Shown: positions 11,860-27,648, counted from the stretch's first letter. The stretch is 64,000 nucleotides of DNA from Flaccisagitta enflata (GCA_965153355.1 OZ231126.1:27652001-27716000); one strand, 5' to 3'. The notes: generated from the letters alone by a model not told the origin. Numbers and translations: made by a program.

Positions 11860-12440
11860 GCCTTATTGCCTATTTAAATAACTCACAGACAACGGACTGA
11901 CTTTTCTATTTATTCCCGCATGTTTTTTTCCAGTTTCAAGAGCCTGGACCCATTATGGTTGATTGCTTAAGTGGACGAATTTAGACTAGATATTTATTTT
12001 CGGTTTGCGTTCTGTTTAAATGACCCAGTACCAACTGACTGACCTTACTATTTATTTACTCCCGGACTAATGGTTGATTCCTTAACTGGACGAATTTAGA
12101 ATAGCTATTTATTCTCGCTTCGTTGATATATAAATGACTCCCTACTGACTGACTGACCATACTATTTATTTCTGCGTCTGTTTCAACTTCTAGTCATCTT
12201 ATTATTGCCTCCACCAGAATTTAGATTAACTATTTATTCTCGCATCGTTGATTTTTTAAATGACTCACTACTTACTGACTGATGATACTATTTATTTCCG
12301 CGTCTTTTTTAACTTCTAGTCATTTGATTGCTGCCTCCACCAGAAATTAGAATAGCTATTTATTCTCGTTTCATTGAGTTTTTTAAATAACCCACTACTG
12401 ACTGACTGACAACACTATTCATTTCCGTCCTATTCTTGAT
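11860..12440. repeat. Diverged ~115-126-bp tandem repeat (4-5 units)
   Basis: gaa(t/a)ttaga..ta..tatttatt at ~11977, 12092, 12217 and 12343, each followed by aaatgac...ctgactga...actattt. Confidence 0.8.
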
Positions 12441-12817
12441 TTCTCGTCATTGAAACGTTTACCTCAAAAAAACTTTTGGTGCTAAATGCGTCTCCAACAC
12501 AAGAGAGAAGGGAAACTTCAATACTTTTCTAGATAGCTCTCGACCTCACTGAGACTCTTTTGCGGAGGGTTGCCACACATTCCAATGGGAGCTCAGAAGT
12601 CAGGGAACATAAAACCTAACATGGCAAGGAATATAATTTTTTTCTTTTAGACAACCTTTTGGTAAAACTAAGTCTTATCTATTGTCAGTAGTTTATAGAA
12701 ATTTGATTCTCAAGAGAAAAAAAACATTGATACTAATTTCAAAATATTTACACATGTCATTCTTCTTCCTTTTCATATAAAAAAAAAAAAAATTAAAAAA
12801 AATCTATTTTAAATTAA

Positions 12818-12859
<42 letters not shown>

Positions 12860-13412
12860 ACTTCCAATCAACCCTATCGGTCTCTACATTAGACTTTTAC
12901 TTCCCTACATTTGCCCAGTTTTGTTCCTTTTTGGGCAGCGGCCTCAAAGGGCCGATGTCCTGTAGGACACAGGGGGGAATTTCTAACCGTCCGTCCGTCC
13001 TTCTGTCCGTCTCCCCTCCCCTGTTGACCATCGGGGCCTCAAATCAGCATTCTCAGGCCTAATTTAGGGCCTATAAGCCCTTAAATCAGCCCTCCAGGCC
13101 ACAAATCAGCTCTTCATTGCGCCCATATTCCTCCGAGTGGCGGTGCTACCCGCTACGCCATTAAGAGTACGCCTACCAATTAATTTCAAATGGTTGTCAT
13201 ATCTTAATTGCAAAAAATTTCCTACTCTTGATTTCATATTCTCTATTTCTGAAAGACATAATTTCGCTTAAAATCGCTTAAACGTTGTTAAATGAATAAA
13301 AAAAATCTGTTTGAAATACCCTGTCTTCAAGAGCAACAACTAGCAAAAGAATCATTGTGTCAAACTATTTAAGGTATGTTTTGAATTTCGGGTTTGTACT
13401 ACATTACGATGG

Positions 13413-14200
13413 CACGGCGTCCAGGAACAAACCATAGGTCGAAAAAAATGGTCAAGACTCCTGACCTTGGAAAAAGTCTTTTTCGCATTAGCTATCAAAT
13501 TGCTGCAAAATAAAAATCGTGGCTTGGAAATATAAAATTCAAAGCTTAAAGATAGCAAAAATGAAGTATTTTTATATATCTTTCATATCAGAAATTAGGA
13601 TTGTAGCTTCAGGCTGTAAAAAAAAAAGAAAGAAAGAAAGAAAGAGAGGAAGAAAGACAGAGACCAACGAACAAACAAACAACAAGTACCCCGGGGCATG
13701 CGGCTTAGCTTGTAAAGGACATTCTTACTAAAACTAAAACAGAAATCTTCTTCTCTCTTCTTCTTCTTCTCCTCTCTCTCTCTCTCTCTCTCCTAAAATT
13801 CTTGAAGACTATGAAAAGTTGTGTATAAATATTGTTGAGGACACACGCGGAATATAATCCGACTTAGTTTTAAGAAATATTCGATAGATTGGAGCCTAAA
13901 TACAAAAAAAAAATAGACAAAACAATGCTTTTAGCATTTTTTTCGTATTTGGAAAACACTCCCAACACCTATAGTAAACAAGTGCAAAAGTAGCCGAAGA
14001 CATACATTTTTCAAGAAAAGCCTAAGAAACAATTTTTAATCAAAATAAGAAAAAAAATACCTTTTTTGGGGATAAGGAGAAAATCAATTCTAAATTTCTA
14101 ATAGATTTTTTTTAAAAGAACCACACTCACTAACGATCAAAGAGGTTTCCAGGTGGAGTCTTGACCATTTTTTTGACCTCGGGTTTGTTCCTGGACCGTG
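13413..14200. mobile_element. CAC...GTG MITE with 4-bp TSD (Chapaev/CMC-like)
   Basis: TIR cacgg(cg)tccaggaacaaacc..aggtc.aaaaaaatggtcaagactcc / ggagtcttgaccattttttt.gacct..ggtttgttcctggaccgtg; ATGG directly on both flanks (13409-13412, 14201-14204). Confidence 0.8.
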
Positions 14201-14769
14201 ATGGGAGCAAAGACGGACCTGAGAGAGGGATAGATTTTAGGTATCTTAATTTTATTTGAGTAAAAAACTTTAAGGATCTATACTGTAAAGGTTACTCTTC
14301 TATTGCTGAATAATTGGAGTCTCATTCTTCAACTGTGCTTGACTTTGTCAGGAGTTTATTTTTCAATGTTCTAACCTGGAATCAGATTGGGCAGAAAATT
14401 TTATATGGGCCTATAGGCAGACGTTATCGGACGACTGCTCGACCGTTTCATTGCTGTCTCTAAGTTTGCTGCGTCGCCTATATGCGTATCTCTGTTTGTC
14501 CGTTGATTTGTCAGTCCGTCACTCATAATGGCAGAGATAAGATTTCTTCTCTAATTTCCACGGAAATCACTCGAGGTTTTGAGCAAATAACTGTAACAAT
14601 ATCTTCATCTTTGGGGCCCCGTCCTCACCCGGTAACCCAGTCGACAAAACCTGACTAACTAATAAGCCTGAGGGTGTCGTAGGTATCAAGTACCGCCAAA
14701 TCCACTCATTCCTTTGGCAGTGTTGCTCCTCACCCACTTCATGTACAGCAGTTTTTCTCCGTTTTGACT

Positions 14770-15063
14770 TTTTAAGTGCGTCCTCGCACTTCTATAAGAG
14801 GTCATGTCCGTCGGTCGGTCGGTTGGTTGGTTGGTCTGTAACGCACGCGTTTAAAACGCTCAAACCGGCCAATTCTGTCGTCTTTCTTCATTCCTATCAC
14901 CTCTCATGCCTCACCACACTCATTTTTATTCTGTTTTTCATTCATTCATTCATTCATTCATTCATTCATTCATTCATTCATTCATTCATTCATTCACTCA
15001 TTCACTCATTCATAAATTCCTAATCAAGCGAGGAGCACTTGTTGGCCATAACTTGGCCTTGTT
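14770..15063 (+). mobile_element. Short family-1-like HINE
   Basis: 5' hairpin aagtgcg-tcct-cgcactt, (GTCG/GGTT)n, (ATTC)n core, 3' gcgaggagcactt plus palindrome ggcc-ataactt-ggcc and ttgtt end. Confidence 0.7.
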
Positions 15064-15195
15064 ATGATGAAATCGGATTTTCTCTGGTTCCATTTTAAAC
15101 CCTTCTTTACCGTCTTTTGCTATTATTCTTTTTATGCCTACTAAAATACTTTCGATGAAAAGGTAGACGTAGAGAGAAGATAGAACAGAGATAGA

Positions 15196-15304
<109 letters not shown>

Positions 15305-16000
15305 AATACAAGGACAGTATGTTACAGACGGAGATAAGCTGCTGACGCACCACCTTTTCTTTTCATTTTTTGTTGACGTGGAAAGGGCGCCCTTTTTCTT
15401 GGCCAAGACGGTTTCATGCTGTTGTACAAGATGGGGGAGGGGGGGTATTTTCTTTTGGATGGGCATATTAGGGAGATGGGAGATAAGATTCTGGGACAAA
15501 TTCGAAAAAAAAGAAAAGACAAGGCAGGGGGAAAAGGTTGGCTTTAATTCACGCTACCGTGTGCTGCAGAATGATTAGAGTACACGTTGGGAAGCAGCGG
15601 CGACTGCGGCGTATAAGACGGTTCCTCAAGGACTGCAGGAGTCCCGTGTTTGGATACAAATACAAAAAAGAATGTTATTGAAACTTTGATAACTTGAAAA
15701 ATATTCTGTAGAAATTGTCAATATTATTACCAGAAAAATTTTTTCTGACAAAAGTTAAATGAAGCTTACTTTTATTTCGCTCTAGAGACATAAATCGTTG
15801 TTAGTGATTAAGCTACGGTTATCGAAAAATTTGATCATCCTGTCAAAATTGGAACACATGCAACAAATAGGAAAAAACTTTACGTTCAGGCCTGCAATCC
15901 CAAATTTTTCGTTGGGAAAACTTAAGTTCTTGTATGGCAGATCATAAAGGTAGTAAAGCTTTATTAAATTGGGATGTCCAACAGAGCAAAAAGTTAAAAG

Positions 16001-16252
16001 AAGAACAAGAACAAGAACAAGAACAAGAACAAGAAAAAGAAGAACAAGAACAAGAAGGAGAAAAAGAAGTAGAAGAAGAAGAAGAAGAAGAAGAAGAAGA
16101 AGAAGAAGAAGAAGAAGAAGAAGAAGAAGAAGAAGAAGAAGAAGAAGAAGAAGAAGAAGAAGAAGAAGAAGAAGAAGAAGAAGAAGAAGAAGAAGAAGAA
16201 GAAGAAGAAGAAGAAGAAGAAGAAGAAGAAGAAGAAGAAGAAGAAGAAGAAG
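16001..16252. repeat. (GAACAA)n/(GAA)n microsatellite
   Basis: Directly visible. Confidence 0.95.
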
Positions 16253-18161
<1,909 letters not shown>

Positions 18162-18487
18162 AGAAGAAGAAGAAGAAGAAGGAGAAGAAGAAGAAGAAGA
18201 AGAAGAAGAAGAAGAAGAAGAAGAAGAAGAAGAAGAAGAAGAAGAAGAAGAAGAAGAAGAAGAAGAAGAAGAAGAAGAAGAAGAAGAAGAAGAAGAAGAA
18301 GAAGAAGAAGAAGAAGAAGAAGAAGAAGAAGAAGAAGAAGAAGAAGAAGAAGAAGAAGAAGAAGAAGAAGAAGAAGAAGAAGAAGAAGAAGAAGAAGAAG
18401 AAGAAGAAGAAGAAGAAGAAGAAGAAGAAGAAGAAGAAGAAGAAGAAGAAGAAGAAGAAGAAGAAGAAGAAGAAGAAGAAGAAGAAG

Positions 18488-18563
<76 letters not shown>

Positions 18564-18565
18564 GC

Positions 18566-18596
<31 letters not shown>

Positions 18597-18636
18597 GATA
18601 AAACAATAACAACAGATAAAACAACAACAACAGATA

Positions 18637-18723
<87 letters not shown>
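18162..18723. repeat. Compound (GAA)n-(CAA)n microsatellite
   Basis: (GAA)n to ~18488, then (CAA)n. Confidence 0.97.
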
Positions 18724-19044
18724 CCTAGACGAAACCCCCATTATGCAGCGAATATGAACAGGACTTGTAAGAAGAAGAATGAAGAGCTGACAACGCCGAG
18801 AGGGCTTTTGGGACAGTCAATAATAAGAATGAATAAGAAAGGGACGAGTGCAAAGCTGAGGCAGTAAAGTACTCTAGGTTCAGAAGAAACCAGTAACGCT
18901 CGCCATAACATGTGAAGTGTTTGAGATTCATAACCATACATTGGCATACATGGCTTTTTGGATCATGTTTCAATAACCATATCAAAAGGGTCAAAGTGCT
19001 CAAATTTGGTTCTGTGTGCATATGTAATGGAAGCTTATGATATA

Positions 19045-19628
19045 ACACCCCTGACATAACTAGGCGAACTGGGAACATATGCCATAAAGAGTGAAATATT
19101 GGCCCAAGCCCTACCAGATTTGACATAGAAATAACAAAAATATCATACTTTGACATAGTAGAGCAACAGAGATGAATTATTTGCCGGTAGAAGGTTGAGA
19201 AGGCAACCAGTCAGAAATGGCAAATTGGAGTTTAACCTATTTCCCCCACAATATGTCTATATGAAGATGGCATATATTTACAGCTGTTTTTCGTGACATA
19301 TACCCAAGCCATTTGTCTTCGATAGCTGGATAGTTATTCTTTTAATGGTTTTTAGGACAAGAGGGCCAAGAAATAAACAGGGGCAGCTCCTGAAACTGAC
19401 AAAATTGTACACTAAGTAAACTAGTAGCAATAGACATAGTGGAACTGTCTCCTATCAGAAAACGGCGATTTAGGGACTTGAATAGGCTTTAAACCTAGTT
19501 TTTTAATGGAATTTGAACGAAATTTACCCCAGATAGTAAATAGATATCCCAAAGTGACATTCAAACCACTTTGCTATGCTCGAACAGATGATATACAACC
19601 TCAGTTCGCCTAATTTTGTCAGGGGTGT
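19045..19628. mobile_element. MITE with TA TSD
   Basis: TA|acacccctgacataactaggcgaactg ... cagttcgcctaattttgtcaggggtgt|TA. Confidence 0.75.
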
Positions 19629-20421
19629 TACAATAACAAGTCACTTTTGAATTTTGTTAGTCTTTTTCCTACTTTTCATAAATCTATCATCGATTATTAG
19701 TTTAATCACTACAAAATGTTGCGCATTTCATTTACAAAGAGGAACAAAGCGATAAAAAAATGGGGAATGAGAAAAAAGGGGAGAACAACAAAACTGGCTA
19801 CAAAGATCGAATAGCAAGATGAGATACAAGAGAGGGGGAAGAATAAGATGAGTAACAAGAAAGAGGGGAATAATAACAAAGACATCAGGTTATATAGGGA
19901 CATAAGCAAGGCAGAATAACAGGGTTTAGGGAGGGAAGAAAAACAAAATAACTTACTATTAGGAAGGAAGAATAAAGAAGAAATTAAAATGGGTATGAGG
20001 AAGAAGTAGGGATCAGGAAGTGATCAATTTTTATGCTGCTTCTACCGATTTAATTTTGTAGTTCAAATACTAGTAGCTGTCACAACCACCAAAACGGAAG
20101 CAGTCAATCACTTCCATATCCCTGGAAAGAAGGGAAGAACAATAACAATCTACTACAGAGCGGGCAAAACGAAGCAGAAAGACAAAATACGGTATGAGAA
20201 AGCTAAGAACAAAAATGATTTGCTGTATATGAGGAGAATAATGGAAAAACAATATGAGACTTTGAACACAAGAAAGAAACAAAGTCATGTTACGGTGAAT
20301 TGCTTAACGCAGCAAACAAAGAAAGAGGAAGACCAGACAAAAAAAGGAAAGTCCGCCTTTGAGGTCAGCGCCTAATCTCCCGCGGCAAAAAGTGACTTGG
20401 AACGTTCTTTTGAAGTCGTGG

Positions 20422-20605
20422 CTGGAAGAGGGTGGACCTGCCTTAGGAAGTAAAGGGTCGTCAAAGGGGGGGGGGGAGAGACTGGAAGAGGGTGGACCTG
20501 CCTTAGGAAGTAAAGGGCTGTCAAAGGGGGGGGTGAGATGTGACTAGAAGAGGGTGGACCTACCTTAAGATAGGAAGTGGGGGTAGTCAAGAGGGGGGGG
20601 GGGAA
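20422..20605. repeat. ~60-bp G-rich tandem repeat (3 units)
   Basis: ct(g/a)gaagagggtggacct at 20422, 20482 and 20544, each unit with a long G-run. Confidence 0.85.
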
Positions 20606-21273
20606 GAAGTGAGGTCTGAGGTTAGGCAATGTTAGGCTCGACGGGATAAAATCTTGGGCAAGACCAGATATACAAGGCTAGGGTTATGTTGTGATTTTGA
20701 GGGGTGCCCGTAGTGGTAATTATGGTCGTATTAGAGGTGATATGGTGGTTGGTGGGTCAAATTTTCCTCTGGTTTGTTAAAACCAAGCTTCCTGCCTTAA
20801 TCGCGAGTGGCTGGGCAGGAGCAGTGATGCTGGAGGCTACTGAGGCTTTTTGTAAGGATGCGTGTGTTGTTGACACTTATAGTCCCGTGCACTGTGTCTG
20901 TTGGTCGGTCTGTCAATCTGTCAGCGAATCCATGGCATTTTCGCATTAGTCCAGGGCTCGACAAAATATTTGTGATTATTCCATTTACTATCGTATAAAA
21001 AATCTAAATAAAGATACAAACTTTTAATTCTTTTTAGGCAGAAGCAATGTTTTATTATGCAAATCGTTTCAGTTTTTTTTTTAAGATTAAATTCTTCTTC
21101 ACTCTGCATGCGTTCAATATGAGTTTGATGCCTACAAGCAACGCTTGCGTGCTTGGGCACTTTGTCGTATCCTGCGCATTACTGTCTTTGCCCCATACAT
21201 GGTTTGCCTCAACTATCACTGCCTCTGCCTACCCGCACACGACTTTGGCACAAGGTAGCCGTGTATCCGGCCA

Positions 21274-23135
21274 TTTTTAGTCGCGTGCACGCGACTCTAC
21301 AACCCGCTCTGTCCGTCGGTCGGTCCGTCGGTCGGTCGGTAACACTTTGCTTTTTTGTGTCGTTTTTGCTCATTTTTGATTGCTATTAGTCATTTTTGGT
21401 CATTTTTGGTCATTTTTGGTTGCTTTTAGTCATTTTTGGTCATTTTTGGTCATTTTGGTCATTTTGGTCATTTTGGTCATTTTGGTCATTTTGGTCATTT
21501 TTGGTCATTTTTGGTCATTTGTGATCATTCATAATCATTTTTAATCATTTCTAATCATTTTTTATCATTTTTGGTCATTTTGGCCATTTTGGTCATTTTG
21601 GTCATTTTTGGTCATTTTTGATCATTTTTTATCATTTTTGATCATTTTGGGTCATTTCTGGTTATTTTTGATCATTTTTTTGTCATTTTTGGTGATTTTT
21701 GGTCATTTTGGTCATTTTGGTCATATTGGTCATTTTGATCATTTTTGATCAATTTTGGTCATATTTGATCATTTTTGGTCATTTTTGGTCATTTTGGGTC
21801 ATTTTGTGTCATTTTTGGACATTTCTGGCTATTTTTGATCATTTTTTGTCATTTTTGGTCTTTTTTGATCATTTTTGGGCATTTTGGGCATTTTGGTCAT
21901 TTTGGTCATTTTTGATCAATTTCGGTCATTTTTGATCATTTTTGGTCATTTTTGGACATTTTGAGTCATCTTGGGTCATTTTGGGTCATTTTGTGTCATA
22001 TTTGGTCATTATTGGTCATTTTTGGTCATTTATGGTCTTTTCAGGTCATTTGAGGTCATTTTAGGTCATTTTAGGTCACTTTGATCATTCTTGGTCATTT
22101 TTGGTCTTTTTTTGTCGTTTTTGTTCATTTTGGTCATTTTTGGTCATTTTTGGTCATTTTTGGTTATTTTTGGTTATTTTTAGTTATTTTTGGTCATTTT
22201 TGGACATTTTGGGTCATTTTGGTCATTTTGGTCATTTTTGGTCATTTCTAGTCATTTTTAGTCATTTTTGGTCATTTTGGTCATTTTTGGTCATTTTTGG
22301 TCATCTTTGGTCATTTTGGTCATTTTGGTCATTTTTGGTCATTTTTGGTCATTTTTGTTAAAGTCTGCTGGTTAAAGTCTGCTGGTTAAAGTCTGCTGGT
22401 TGAAGTCTGCTGGTTTAAATCTAATGGTTTAAGTCTGCAGGTCTAATGGTTTAAGTCTGCTGGTTTAAGTCTGCTGGTTAAAATGATATTGAAGATAAGT
22501 ATGGTTAATCTGGTTTAAGTCTGGTTTAAGTCTGGTTTAAGACTGGTTCATGTCTGATTTATGTCTGGTTTAGGTCTGGGTTAGGTCTGGTGTATGTCTG
22601 GTTAGTGTCTGGTTTTTGTTTGATTTAGGTCTGATTTAGGTCTGGTTTTGGTCTGGTTTTGGTCTGGTTTTGGTCTGGTTTTGGTCTGGTTTTGGTCTGG
22701 TTTAATTCTTGTTAGAGTCTGGTTTGAGTCTGGTTTGAGTCTGGTTTTATTCTAGTTTGAGCTTGGTTTGAGCCTGGTTTGAGCCTGGTTTCGGTCTGGT
22801 TTAAGTCTGGTTTGAATCTGGTTTGAGTCTGGTTTGAGTCTGGTTTGAGTCTGGTTTGAGTCTGGTTTGAGTCTGGTTTGAGTTTGGTTTGAGTCTGGCT
22901 TAAATCTGGTTTATGTCTGGTTTATGTCTGATTTAGGTCTGGTTTTGGTCTGGTTTAATTCCGGTTTGAGTCTGGTTTGAGTCTGGTTTGAGTCTGGTTT
23001 GAGTCTGGTTTGGGTCTGGTTTGGGTCTGTTTTGGGTTGCATTTAAGTCTGATTTTCGATAAAAAGTTACAATAAGGAGTCAGGTCAGTTCAGTTATTTT
23101 TGTCCTGCACGCGACTTATAGGTGTTGGCCTTGTT
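21274..23135 (+). mobile_element. Family-1 HINE with ~1.7-kb composite central satellite
   Basis: 5' tttttAGTCGCGTGCACGCGACT hairpin, (GTCG)n, arrays of tt(t)ttggtca, then aagtctgctggtt(a/t), then gagtctggttt; 3' subTIR gcacgcgact and ggtgttggcc ttgtt end. Confidence 0.85.
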
Positions 23136-23539
23136 GAAGAATGACTGACCAACAGATTGACAGATGGACGGACAAACGAACGGACGGACGAAACTACCAA
23201 GAAGAGGCCTTTGAAGTCACGTGCATGCGACCAAGTAGGAAGAGAGATCGAAGGAAAGATGGACGAATGGCAGATGGGACAAGTTCTTTGAGCTCTACTC
23301 GATTCGTCCTATACAATGAATGAAAAAAGTGGGAAAATTGTATTTCTGATAAATGACACCAGCTTGGTCTGAAAATGAACGTCATCAATCAGCTCTGTGT
23401 CCCTGTCTCTGTCTTAAACTTTCTGTATGTGTCTTAGACTGTCTTAGACTGTCTGTGAGTGTCTGTGACTTTCTGTGATTGTCTGTATTTTACTTTCTGT
23501 TCCGATTAGTTGGAATTCCAGAATGCCATTCATCTATTA

Positions 23540-23733
<194 letters not shown>

Positions 23734-23764
23734 GCTTGTCAGTAAACCCTGGCGACCTTTCCTA

Positions 23765-24353
23765 CAGTGGGGTTCGTGGAATAACAGCCTAAACTGGAGG
23801 AAGGTATTTAAGTGTCTTAATTTCATTTGACAAATTTGATATTTGAAATATAAGTTGTTCACTTGATGCTTTTGTCCCTGAGTTTTTCGGTTGCTATGGA
23901 AACCAAAATTATTTTTTTGAACATTTATAACAACTAAAATATCAATATTTTGACAATTTATTATCAGGGAACATTGCTCAGGATTAAATTTGCTACAACT
24001 TTCCCACAGTATGTCCTGTAAGAATATTGCTCGTTTAGCCGTTGCTAGGGAGCATCATTTAGCGGTTGCTAGGTGTGATGCCCCCTAGCAACGGCCAAAC
24101 GAGCAATATTCTTACAGAACATACTGTGGGAAAGTTGTAGCAAATTTAATTTTAAGCAATATTTCTCAAAATATTGAGATTTTAGTGGTTATAAATGATT
24201 AAAAAAATGATTTGGTCTCCATAGCAACCAAAAAACTCAGGGACAAAAGCATCAAATGATCAACTTATATTTTGAATATCAAGTATGTCAAATAAAATTA
24301 AGACACTTAAATACCTTCCTCCAGTTTAGGCTGTTATTCCACGAACCCCACTG
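23765..24353. mobile_element. Almost fully palindromic Tc1/mariner-type MITE
   Basis: TA|cagtggggttcgtggaataacagcctaaactggagg ... cctccagtttaggctgttattccacgaaccccactg|TA; arms pair almost to the centre (~24075). Confidence 0.92.
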
Positions 24354-24946
24354 TACGTTCTGAGTAATCTGCCCAACTAGATGCCAAAACATGCGCCTTC
24401 AAACTTCCAAGACGTTGAATTTGACAACCTTTCAAAAGTTCAAATTTGCTCAAATTTGTTCTTCGGTTCGAACCGAAAATCACCCGGGACCATAAATGGC
24501 TCTGACGGCTCGGTTTAGTCTTTACCTTTTTCTTTTTAGATGCGTCCGTCAGGAACGTATCTCTATAAGAGGGTCTGTCTGTCCGTCCGTCCGTCCGTTC
24601 GTCTGTCCGTCCGTCCGTCCGTTACGCCTTTGCAAAAGCCGCGTTTCTTGGCTGTTCTTTGGCCACGGTGAGATCCTATACTGAAACAAATGATCAACCA
24701 ACATGTTTTGAGAGTCTTTTCACCCGTCTGTTCGTCCATCTGTCTCTCCATATACGTCACATGTTCAATACACGCCAAGACACAGTCCGGTCGGGCTTGT
24801 TTTCCTGATTTCTGATTCTACTAACTCGCCATCCTTCTTCCTTTCCTTTTTGTTGTTTGCTCTTTCTGGGTCGCAGCCCCAAAGGGCTCACCCCCTACCT
24901 CAAGACAGCGATTGAGTAGGGCAACGGGTACCGCTTACCCTATTCG

Positions 24947-25345
<399 letters not shown>

Positions 25346-25362
25346 TTTTCTTGCTTTCTTGC

Positions 25363-25870
25363 TTTTTGGGCAGCGGCCCCGAAGGGGACAGAGTCCTGTA
25401 GAACACAGGGGGACTTTCATTAGTTCATTTGTTTATCCGTCCCCCCCCACCAGCCTGTCAGGCCTCAAATTTGGCCTCTCAGGACTCAAATCCAGCCTCA
25501 AAAGCCTCAAATCCGGCCCATCAAGCCTAAAATTGTGCCTCTCAGGTTGCAAATCGGCCTTCTAAGCCTCAAATTAGCGCTTCCTGGCTTAAGATCAGTC
25601 CTCCATGGCCTTTCAAGCCTTAATTCAGCTCTCTCAAGCCTCAAATCAGCTTTTCCAGGCCTCTAATTAGCTTCCTCAGGCCTAGCATCAGCCCTCTTAG
25701 ACCCTTATTTGGCCAAAATGAACTAACGGACGAACGAAAGTCCCCCTGTGTTCTACAGGACTTCGTCCCCTTCGGGGCCGCTGCCCTGCTTCCTCTCACT
25801 CAAATACACAATCATGCAAAGCAGGGCAACGGGTATCGCTGACCACATATTGCCCTTGGGCGACCTGTTT
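25363..25870 (+). mobile_element. Family-2 element (type A variant)
   Basis: gggcagcggccccgaagggg...ctgtagaacacagggggacttt and its inverse at ~25737-25786; degenerate 21-bp array; 3' tail ending gacctgttt. Confidence 0.85.
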
Positions 25871-25872
25871 CC

Positions 25873-27564
25873 TTTTGGGCAGCGGCCCCGAAGGGGCCGA
25901 TGACCTATGCTTTCACACATAACTATAGCAAAAAAAAAAAAAAACGGGACAACTTATTTTGCTGATTTTTGCTGAACTGAAAACTTAAACCATAAAAAAT
26001 CCATGACCGTTTGAGAGCTCTGCGAAAGATCTTTCAAATGCGACATTGCTGGTCATTCTAGCTTTATTCGTTTAGAAATGGCGCAAGAATAAAGGAAAAC
26101 ATTGTCATATTCATTTTTGCGATCCAATTGAATTTTAAAGGTTTTGAAAAGAAGTAGTTCACTTTGACGAGCTCTAACTTCTTAACGGTTTGAGATACAG
26201 ACCTGGGATTGGTCTAGAATGAAAGAAAATTTGAAAATCTTTAGAATCATCTTGGAAAAAAAGGCAAATATTTTTTTTTATATCTTTTTTTATAAACTAA
26301 CAATAACGATCAACTTTTTCAACTTTACTTTTACACTCATGACCATCTATTCTTTATTCTTAAGTCATTTCTAAACGAATAAAGCTAAGACAACCAGCAT
26401 GGTCTCGTTTTGAAGATCTTTTGCAGAGCTTTCAAATGGTCAAGGATTTTCCTATGGAGTTGGACAACATTACTTTATAACAAAAAATCTAGAATAAGGA
26501 CAAGAGCCTTGGGAGCTCTAACTGGTGTTTCATCCGGACCCCTCACAGCTATCCTTAGAAATATCAAAATCCACTTCAAACCTTACCACAAAGCAGCTCA
26601 ACAGATACAAATCAACAGAAAGAAAAATCTATAATTGTCAGCTATTTGTGAGATGTGCAAGTGACAAGAAAGAGTACCAGATAAGTATGCTGAACGCCCC
26701 ATGCTCCTCACAGCCATCTGATCTTCCCATTGTAAAATGCTCATAACACACATAACCTTAAATCAAGATCCTTCCCACTAATTGAGACAAATCCATCAAG
26801 TTACTCTGAGTCAACCCCAAACTCTAAAACTTATCAAAGGCATTATCCAATTTAAGCAAAACAAATTACCAAAGGATAAGTGAATTATCAAAAGATAATG
26901 TAGTTACCAAAGGCAATGTTGTGAAGAAACCATACCCTTAGAGGTAAGAACCGTTTTTCCTATTTCACGAATATCAAACACTAAAAAACATTTTGTCCCA
27001 TTTTTATTTTTGCTATAGTTAGGGGAAATTTTTCCTTCTTCTCCTTCTTCTTCTCCTCCTTCTCCTCCGTCCACCCCCTTCGAAGCTCATATCCTGGCCT
27101 TGGGGCCCAAATTGCCTCATGGCCCAAATCCTAGCCTTGAGGCTCAATACCCAACCTTTTAGGCTCAAATCCCAACCTTGAGGCTCAATTCCCAACCTTG
27201 AGGCTCTAATCCCAGTCTAGAGGCCCATATCCCAGCCTCAAGGCTCACATCCCGGCCTCAAGGCTTAAATCCCAGCCAAATGCCTCAAAGCCCAGCCTCA
27301 AGCCTAAAATCCCGGCTTTGAGGCTCTATCAAAGCCTCTTGGCTCAAATCACAGCCTTTAGGCTCAAATCACAGCCTCAAGGATCAAATTGCAGCCTCGA
27401 GGCTCAAATCACAGCCTCATGGCTCAAATCACAGCATTGAGGCTCAAATCCGATAATTGATGCTCAAATTCAATCCCAGAGCACAAAGCATAGGTCATCG
27501 GTCCCTTTGGGGCCGCTGCCCCTCTCACCATCACACACCTGCATATACTCACAAAGGGGCAACG

Positions 27565-27566
<2 letters not shown>
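25873..27566 (+). mobile_element. Family-2 element (type B, 20-bp gaggctcaaatcccagcctt array) interrupted by a MITE
   Basis: 5' gggcagcggccccgaaggggccgatgacctatgct; inverse agcataggtcatcgg...ggggccgctgccc at ~27488-27521. Confidence 0.8.
25922..27019. mobile_element. MITE with TA TSD nested in a family-2 element
   Basis: TA|actatagcaaaa...gggacaa ... ttgtccc...tttttgctatagt|TA; extra internal inverted repeat ~26005-26080 / 26367-26441; the host reads cacacata|ggggaa across the site. Confidence 0.8.

Positions 27567-27648
<82 letters not shown>

Noticed and set aside
12778-12858. Long A-rich tract as the poly(A) tail of the Tx1-like LINE
   Set aside because: About 3 kb after the ORF2 stop, separated by unrelated tandem repeats, and no TSD found.
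21380-23040. Regular short repeats as a CRISPR array or telomeric repeat
   Set aside because: No unique spacers, eukaryotic context, heterogeneous monomers bounded by HINE termini.
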